The notes beneath the pieces are model-generated. The model saw only the letters and a program-made list of their open reading frames with translations. It made no database searches and was not told where the DNA came from. From Parcubacteria group bacterium Greene0714_7 (GTDB taxonomy: Bacteria > Patescibacteriota > Minisyncoccia > Phycocordibacterales > Phycocordibacteraceae): DNA of 64,000 bases. Of this stretch, positions 58,990 to 64,000 are shown in pieces. The position numbers were made by a program, and so were the translations under genes. The stretch spans positions 27,320-91,319 of the forward strand of contig VMHB01000002.1 of the NCBI GenBank assembly GCA_007378985.1. The letters are read 5' to 3'. Within the stretch, counting starts at the first letter, position 1, and each line of letters begins with the position of its first letter.

Positions 58990-59017
58990 CAAAAAAGACA
59001 CTTAGGGTGTCTTTTTT
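58990..59017. terminator. Bidirectional rho-independent terminator (aaaaaagacac-ttaggg-tgtctttttt)
   Basis: Perfect 9-bp stem flanked by A/T runs. Confidence 0.7.
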
Positions 59018-59024
59018 GATGTAA

Positions 59025-59053
59025 TTGACAGCGACACCTCCCCGCGCTATACT
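59025..59053 (+). promoter_or_regulatory. Near-consensus sigma70 promoter TTGACA-17-TATACT upstream of nusA
   Basis: Consensus hexamers with ideal spacing. The predicted TSS near 59060 is followed by a short hairpin plus T-run (59077..59105), which may be a leader attenuator or a small RNA. Confidence 0.55.
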
Positions 59054-59126
59054 TTCGAAGTCAGTTTCCCTCCATGGGTCCGCGTAGCGGGCCTCTTTTT
59101 TTACCAAAATGGAGAGAAATTGAAGC

Positions 59127-59160
59127 TTTCTTATCCCTAAACGCTAGTCACTAACCCCTA
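59127..59160 (+). repeat. CCCTAA-like repeat copy (ccctaaacgctagtcactaacccctaac) 6 nt upstream of nusA ATG
   Basis: Motif family. Confidence 0.7.
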
Positions 59161-59166
59161 ACTAAT

Positions 59167-60417
59167 ATGTTTGACCTAAAAACAATAAACCTCGTCATTG
59201 AACAACTCTCCGAAGAGCGAGGTATCCCTCGTGACAAAATGATAGAAGCCATTGAAGGTGCTGTTGCAACTGCCTATAAGCGTGAGTACGGAAAGCGTGA
59301 CCAAATAGTTCGCGCACATTTTGATATTTCAACGGGTGGTGTCGATTTCTACCAAGTAAAAATGGTTGTCGCACCTGAAGAAGTTCGTATGGATGGCGAT
59401 GAGTCTCCAGTAGAAGAAGGCGACGATCGTCCTCATTATAATGAAGAGCGCTTCCTTTTCCTTGAAGATGCAAAAAGAATTAAAAGAGATGTTGCTGTAG
59501 GTGATGAACTCATATTTCCTCTAGAAAAAAAGACTGACTTCGGACGCATCGCTGCACAAACAGCAAAACAGGTCATTATGCAGAAAATTCGTGAAGCAGA
59601 ACGAGCTTCAGTTGTTGAAGAATACGGCGGAAAAGAAGGCGATATCGTTCACGGTATTGTGCAACGCATTGAGCGTGGAAACCTGTATGTCGACTTGGGT
59701 CGTGCAACGGGCATCATGCCATACCACGAGCAAATCCCCGGTGAGCGATATCGCGCTGGTGAGCGTGTTCGCGCATACCTCTTCTCAGTTGAAGAAGGGG
59801 TGCGTGGAGTATTCTTGCGTTTGTCCCGAGCACATCCAAAATTCTTGGAAAAACTTTTTGAACTTGAAGTACCTGAAATCGCAAGTGGTGCAGTTGTCAT
59901 AAAAGCAATTGCTCGTGAAGCTGGCGGTCGCTCAAAAGTTGCCGTACACGCAACTGATTCACGCATCGACCCAGTTGGCGCACTCGTCGGTCAGAGAGGT
60001 GTTCGTGTTTCAACAGTCATGAGTGAACTCGGAGGTGAACGCATCGACATCATCGAGTGGTCAGAAGAAATAAAACAATTTATTGAAGACGCACTCTCCC
60101 CTGCCCAAATTCTTTCAATTGAACTTGATGAAGAAACACACCGTGCAGTTGCTGAAGTCTCTGAGGATCAGCAATCACTTGCAATCGGTCGCGGTGGTCA
60201 AAATGTACGCCTCGCAGCTAAGCTCACTGGCTGGTCAATCGATATCCGTCCTGTTGGCGGAACAGCAGTAGAGGTGAGCGAAAATGAAGGTGGCAGAGTC
60301 GTACTATCAGCAGAAGAAGAACTCTCTTCTGCTGAAGATAAAGAGGTTGGTGAGGCAGAAGCCGAAGCAATCGAAGAAGCTCCCATTGAGCAATCAGTAG
60401 AAAAAGCTGACGCGTAA
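59167..60417 (+). CDS. nusA: Transcription termination/antitermination factor NusA
   Basis: N-terminal domain, S1, two KH domains (GRGGQNVRLAAKLTGWSIDI) and an acidic C-terminal tail. Confidence 0.9.
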   Translation: MFDLKTINLVIEQLSEERGIPRDKMIEAIEGAVATAYKREYGKRDQIVRAHFDISTGGVDFYQVKMVVAPEEVRMDGDESPVEEGDDRPHYNEERFLFLEDAKRIKRDVAVGDELIFPLEKKTDFGRIAAQTAKQVIMQKIREAERASVVEEYGGKEGDIVHGIVQRIERGNLYVDLGRATGIMPYHEQIPGERYRAGERVRAYLFSVEEGVRGVFLRLSRAHPKFLEKLFELEVPEIASGAVVIKAIAREAGGRSKVAVHATDSRIDPVGALVGQRGVRVSTVMSELGGERIDIIEWSEEIKQFIEDALSPAQILSIELDEETHRAVAEVSEDQQSLAIGRGGQNVRLAAKLTGWSIDIRPVGGTAVEVSENEGGRVVLSAEEELSSAEDKEVGEAEAEAIEEAPIEQSVEKADA

Positions 60418-60427
60418 TTCTTGATAC

Positions 60428-60460
60428 ACTAAACTCTATACCCTAATCACTAAAACCTAA
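60428..60460 (+). repeat. CCCTAA-like repeat copy (cactaaactctataccctaatcactaaaacctaa) upstream of ppa
   Basis: Motif family. Confidence 0.65.
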
Positions 60461-60463
60461 TTT

Positions 60464-60994
60464 ATGAATCTTTGGCACGACATAGACCCAGGTACTGCAG
60501 ACGAGATAAATGTCATTATTGAAGTTCCTAAGGGTTCACACAATAAATACGAGATCGATAAAGAAACAGGACTCATTAAACTTGATCGAGCGAACTACTC
60601 ATCCGCCCCATATCCAGTTGACTACGGTTTTGTACCAAAGACACTCTGGGATGATGGCGATGCACTCGATGTTATGGTGCTTTCTACCTTTCCTATTCAC
60701 CCTGGCATTCTTGTAAAAGTACGCCCTGTAGCAGTCATGGAAATGATTGACGATGGCGAATCAGATTTCAAAGTACTCGGAGTGCCTGTGAAAGATAAGC
60801 GCTGGGACGAGGTGAAAGACCTTGCTGATGTAAACAAGCACACCATCAAAGAAATCCAACACTTTTTCGAGACATACAAACAGCTCAAAGGAAAAGAAAA
60901 CGTTGTTGATATCCAAGGGTTTAAAGGAGCAAAAGAAGCGAAGGAAGCATTTGCAAAATCCTTGGGACTCTACAAAGAAAAGTTCCCCGCATAG
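60464..60994 (+). CDS. ppa: Inorganic pyrophosphatase (family I)
   Basis: EIPKGSHNKYEID...DYGFVPKTLWDDGDALDVMV. Confidence 0.9.
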   Translation: MNLWHDIDPGTADEINVIIEVPKGSHNKYEIDKETGLIKLDRANYSSAPYPVDYGFVPKTLWDDGDALDVMVLSTFPIHPGILVKVRPVAVMEMIDDGESDFKVLGVPVKDKRWDEVKDLADVNKHTIKEIQHFFETYKQLKGKENVVDIQGFKGAKEAKEAFAKSLGLYKEKFPA

Positions 60995-61003
60995 CCTCAA
61001 AAT

Positions 61004-61043
61004 CCCCGCTTTTCTCTAGAGAAAAGCGGGGATTTTGATTTTT
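61004..61043 (+). terminator. Rho-independent terminator after ppa (ccccgcttttctctagagaaaagcgggg + T-run)
   Basis: Perfect stem followed by attttgatttttt. Confidence 0.7.
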
Positions 61044-61138
61044 TACTTCCCAACATCCTTGAGGGTTATATACTATATAAAAGACATTCAAATAAATATT
61101 TGGATGATGTCGTTGTAAAAACTAATCATTAAATCACT

Positions 61139-61906
61139 ATGAAACGCACATGGACATATAACGCACTCACTCTCATGGCAGTAGTGCTCGCCCTCGGCTC
61201 TGCAACAGTCGCATTTGCAGAAACACCTACTCGACCTCTACCAAGAGTAGAGTCTGCAAAGGCATACTTGGATAATTTAGGGAATAATCAAAAAACAGAC
61301 CCTCGAGCTGGCTACACTGATCCAGTAAGACCCGATCGACCAACTGTAGGAGTACCTCCTCGCCCAATGTTGCCTCGTGCTTCAACAACACCAATTCGTG
61401 ATCGCATGGATGATCGTGCTGGTTCAAGTACTCGCCCAGTAGTACGACCTGGAATTGCCTCTACAACTCGACCTGGGAATATGAGCACTACTACCCGCGA
61501 ACGCAGTGAACAAAGAATCAAAGAGGCGATGAAGCGCCTTGCAGAAAGACTCCTCGCTGTCATTCATCGACTGGAAGAAATCATCGTACGCATTGAATCG
61601 CGTGCCACAAAAATAGATCAGGCAGGCGGAAACACCACTGACGCACGAGCTGACATAGCAATTGCAAAAACTGAAATAGCCGCAGCAAAACAAGACCTTG
61701 GGGCCATACAAGCGGCAGCGGTAAGTATATTGAACGCATCCAACATGGCAGCTGTATCAGCAAGTCTCGCCCCTATCCGCACCACTACAGATAGTGCGCA
61801 GATGCATATAAAGAAAGCGCGTGAAGCAATTCAAAGCGCAGTAAAGAAGCTTGGTGTAGCAGCTCGTGCTATCCGCCAAAACGCAACCACAACGCCAAGA
61901 ATATAA
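61139..61906 (+). CDS. Hypothetical secreted Pro-rich/coiled-coil protein
   Basis: Signal peptide (ALTLMAVVLALGSATVAFA), Pro/Arg-rich segment, then helical region. Confidence 0.55.
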   Translation: MKRTWTYNALTLMAVVLALGSATVAFAETPTRPLPRVESAKAYLDNLGNNQKTDPRAGYTDPVRPDRPTVGVPPRPMLPRASTTPIRDRMDDRAGSSTRPVVRPGIASTTRPGNMSTTTRERSEQRIKEAMKRLAERLLAVIHRLEEIIVRIESRATKIDQAGGNTTDARADIAIAKTEIAAAKQDLGAIQAAAVSILNASNMAAVSASLAPIRTTTDSAQMHIKKAREAIQSAVKKLGVAARAIRQNATTTPRI

Positions 61907-61933
61907 ATTCTTTTTAAAAACTAAAATAAAAAT

Positions 61934-62287
61934 ATGGACACAAACGAAGCTACTCAAACTCCTCCTCCAACCTCGACACCATCAACCGAAATGCCAAAGA
62001 AAAGTACTATGGCTATTGGTCCAATTGCCGTCATTGTGATTATCGTGGGCATCCTTGCAGCAGGAGCTTGGTACTTCTTGAATCAGAGTCTTGAAAAACT
62101 ATCAGTTGATGCACCAGCTGGCACCGTTGAAGAACTTCAAACATCTAACGATCCCGATGTGCAAGCTGCTTTAAGTCAGAGCTCATCAGATGAATTAGAC
62201 AGCATTGAAGCTGACATCAATGCCACTGATTTTTCAGGCATTGAAAGCTCTGCTGCCGCAGTAAACGGAGGAGCAAGTGCTCAGTAA
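61934..62287 (+). CDS. Hypothetical small membrane-anchored protein
   Basis: Single TM helix (IGPIAVIVIIVGILAAGAWYF) and an acidic ectodomain. Confidence 0.5.
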   Translation: MDTNEATQTPPPTSTPSTEMPKKSTMAIGPIAVIVIIVGILAAGAWYFLNQSLEKLSVDAPAGTVEELQTSNDPDVQAALSQSSSDELDSIEADINATDFSGIESSAAAVNGGASAQ

Positions 62288-62295
62288 TAACTAAT

Positions 62296-62335
62296 CACTT
62301 CGCCAAAAGCCCACTCTCAATGCCTGAGAGCGGGC
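62296..62335 (+). terminator. Rho-independent terminator (gcccactctca-atgcc-tgagagcgggc + TTTTG)
   Basis: 11-bp stem with one mismatch, followed by a T-run. Confidence 0.6.
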
Positions 62336-62405
62336 TTTTGCTTTACACTTCTAATGCGTTAGGATAGACACTTATGCAAACAAAAAAAGACATCGTGAAA
62401 TAACA

Positions 62406-63347
62406 TTGCCAGGCTTCCGCAAAGGTACAGCGCCAATTGAAAAGGTGCGCGAGCATGTAGGAGAAAAAGTCCTCTGGAGGGAAGCCGCGGAAGATGCACT
62501 GAAATCAAAAGTGGAAGAATTACTAAAAGAACATGCGGTTATGCCAATCATGCCCGTTGCCGCAACCTTAGGCGCTTCTGACATAGATACTGATGTTCCC
62601 TTTGAAATCGTTGCTATCGTTGCACCAAGTTGTTCAATTGAGAACTTCAAAGATGTTGCAAAAAAAGCATCTGCCAAACTCCCTGCCCTCGATGAAGAGA
62701 AGGAACAAGAAGCAGCCCTTCAGGCACTTCGCATGCAAGCAAGGCAAATGACGCAGTCCACGGGAGACGCAACCACCACCCTCTCTGACGACGAGGCAAA
62801 GAAGCTTGGCTTTGAAAATTCACTCGCTGTTGAGCACTTCCTCAAAGAAGAATCAGTGCGTGCCGTGAAAGAGCGCGAACTTCAAAAGAAAAGAGGCGCT
62901 ATAGCGGAAGCGCTGATTGAAAAAGCATCATGCGCTATTCCTAAACTTATAATAGGCGAAGAAGCGGGAGCGCTCTTGGACGCAACGAAACGCGATGTTG
63001 CAGCGCAAGGCGTTCCTTTCAATGACTACCTAAAGCGCATCGGCAAAACTGAAGATACCATTCGTGCAGAACTCCAAGTTCCTGCAGAAAAGCGTGTTGC
63101 TCTCGATCTTATTTTCGGTGAGATAGCCCGTGCTGAAAAAATAGAAGCTGACTCGAAAGATGAAGAACGACTTGCGCACGCACTCATTGAGCAAGGCGTG
63201 GAACACGGCCGTGCACATCAGTATGTCCGTGCAACAGTAATGCGAGAAAAAGTCTGGGAACTCCTTGGCGCTCGCTCAATTTCAAAAGAACCAATCGATA
63301 TCATTGAAACCCCAGAAGAAAAACCTACGGAAACTCCTAAGAGCTAA
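62406..63347 (+). CDS. tig: Trigger-factor-like chaperone lacking the PPIase domain, N-terminally truncated (TTG start)
   Basis: It begins with the TF ribosome-binding signature PGFRKGTAP and has a C-terminal region resembling the TF C-domain. No FKBP domain. Upstream MQTKKDIVK* is in another frame across an A7 run. Confidence 0.5.
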   Translation: MPGFRKGTAPIEKVREHVGEKVLWREAAEDALKSKVEELLKEHAVMPIMPVAATLGASDIDTDVPFEIVAIVAPSCSIENFKDVAKKASAKLPALDEEKEQEAALQALRMQARQMTQSTGDATTTLSDDEAKKLGFENSLAVEHFLKEESVRAVKERELQKKRGAIAEALIEKASCAIPKLIIGEEAGALLDATKRDVAAQGVPFNDYLKRIGKTEDTIRAELQVPAEKRVALDLIFGEIARAEKIEADSKDEERLAHALIEQGVEHGRAHQYVRATVMREKVWELLGARSISKEPIDIIETPEEKPTETPKS

Positions 63348-63584
63348 CGCTATAAAGATGTCCTTGGACATCTGAGTCGATGCCAGTCTCTGCATCGACT
63401 ACACCACCACCTTAGAGGAAAAGGTATAGGCTGTTCTGCTACATGCGTGGATAATGCTTCTCGCTTCATATGTGGCTAGTATATTGAGCAATCTTTTTTT
63501 GTCAATCTATATTTTCAATATATATTTGAAATACATATTTAAAATATGATTGATTCGGTATTCACATTTTTCTGTTAATTTTTA

Positions 63585-63614
63585 TTGACACAATTTGAGT
63601 AATAAGAATATAAT
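63585..63614 (+). promoter_or_regulatory. Sigma70 promoter TTGACA-18-TATAAT driving a leaderless transcript
   Basis: Consensus hexamers; the -10 ends 6 nt before the ATG at 63621. Confidence 0.6.
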
Positions 63615-63620
63615 GGAAAT

Positions 63621-64000
63621 ATGAAAAAACCAGTCGATAATCTCACCGGAAAATTGATTTCCTTTGGCCTCTCAGAGAAAGAAGCCTCTGTGTATATCGC
63701 CCTCCTAACTATTGATAGAGGTACCGTTGCGCAGACATCGCGTAAGGCAAATGTTAATCGAGCCACTACCTATGTGATCCTTGATTCACTCATCAATAAA
63801 GGGCTCGCGAGCATGTCAGGGAAAAAACCGAAGCAAGAATACTACGCAGAGTCTCCCGATAAACTTGCAACATACCTAGAGAAGCAAGCTGAAGAATCTA
63901 CCCGGGCTGCTGAGAAAGCTAAGGAATTTGCATCTGAGCTTAAGCTAATACAAAAATCTGCAACTCGACCTCAAATTAAGTTTTATGAAGGAATCGAAGG
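63621..64000 (+). CDS. TrmB/MarR-like winged-helix transcriptional regulator (partial; continues beyond window)
   Basis: MKKPVDNLTGKLISFGLSEKEASVYIALLTIDRGTVAQTSRKANVNRATTYVILDSLINKGL matches the TrmB-family N-terminal HTH pattern. It is absent from the ORF track because it runs off the end. Confidence 0.6.
   Translation, partial: MKKPVDNLTGKLISFGLSEKEASVYIALLTIDRGTVAQTSRKANVNRATTYVILDSLINKGLASMSGKKPKQEYYAESPDKLATYLEKQAEESTRAAEKAKEFASELKLIQKSATRPQIKFYEGIE

Overview
This window reads like a dense bacterial chromosome segment from a small-genome lineage, possibly Patescibacteria/CPR-like. That guess rests on rpsE running straight into rplO with no rpmD (L30), Lys/Ala-rich extensions on several r-proteins, abundant type IV pilus and ComEC genes, and giant secreted proteins. 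Coding is about 85% on the minus strand.

Gene content, start to end:
- 231..7372 (-): a six-gene operon matching the Ehr ('energy-converting hydrogenase related') architecture, a NuoB-like, NuoL-like, NuoH-like, HyfE-like and NuoM/N-like subunit plus a fused NuoC-NuoD-like large subunit. The NiFe and Fe-S cysteine ligands are replaced. A His-rich hypothetical is transcribed divergently.
- 8425..9551 (+): infC (TTG start), rpmI, rplT.
- 9718..11139 (-): beta-CASP MBL-fold ribonuclease. It is followed by an unusually structured intergenic region (a 20-nt palindromic box, a 57-bp perfect palindrome, and an inverted-repeat-bounded element of about 135 nt).
- 11552..15186 (-): ndk, then a 961-aa VirD4/VirB4-like P-loop ATPase.
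- 16210..26296 (-): a long r-protein supercluster running map, adk, gmk, secY, rplO, rpsE, rplR, rplF, rpsH, rpsN, rplE, rplX, rplN, rpsQ, rpmC, rplP, rpsC, rplV, rpsS.
- 26368..33687: an island of about 7.4 kb inserted between rpsS and rplB. It holds an IS200/RAYT-like Y1 transposase flanked by matching hairpin palindromes, two tandem paralogous giant secreted Cys/Ser/Thr-rich repeat proteins (1004 and about 920 aa) that share a conserved ...P-x-(F/Y)-(D/E)-EF C-terminus, and a membrane-anchored 219-aa protein.
- 33763..42058 (-): rplB, rplW, rplD, rplC, then a highly structured 300-nt gap, rpsJ, tuf, fusA, rpsG, rpsL.
- 42307..48414: M50 protease, TrmH-family and class I SAM methyltransferases, rpmB, a ComEC split into an MBL-domain gene and a channel gene with an Fe/Mn SOD between them, and RNase H.
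- 48465..52546: recJ, HIT, pgk, tpiA.
- 52953..58313 (-): type IV pilus cluster (large pilin-like protein, two prepilins, pilC, pilB).
- 58627..64000 (+): nusA, ppa, two secreted hypotheticals, a PPIase-less trigger-factor-like gene with a truncated N-terminus, and a leaderless TrmB-like regulator running off the window end.

Two repeat families cut across the window. A telomere-like CCCTAA(A)/CACTAACCCCTA motif sits in most intergenic regions, often 6-40 nt upstream of start codons in sense orientation. A two-hairpin element with UNCG tetraloops occurs three to four times with compensatory base changes.

No rRNA, tRNA or CRISPR array could be supported from the sequence.
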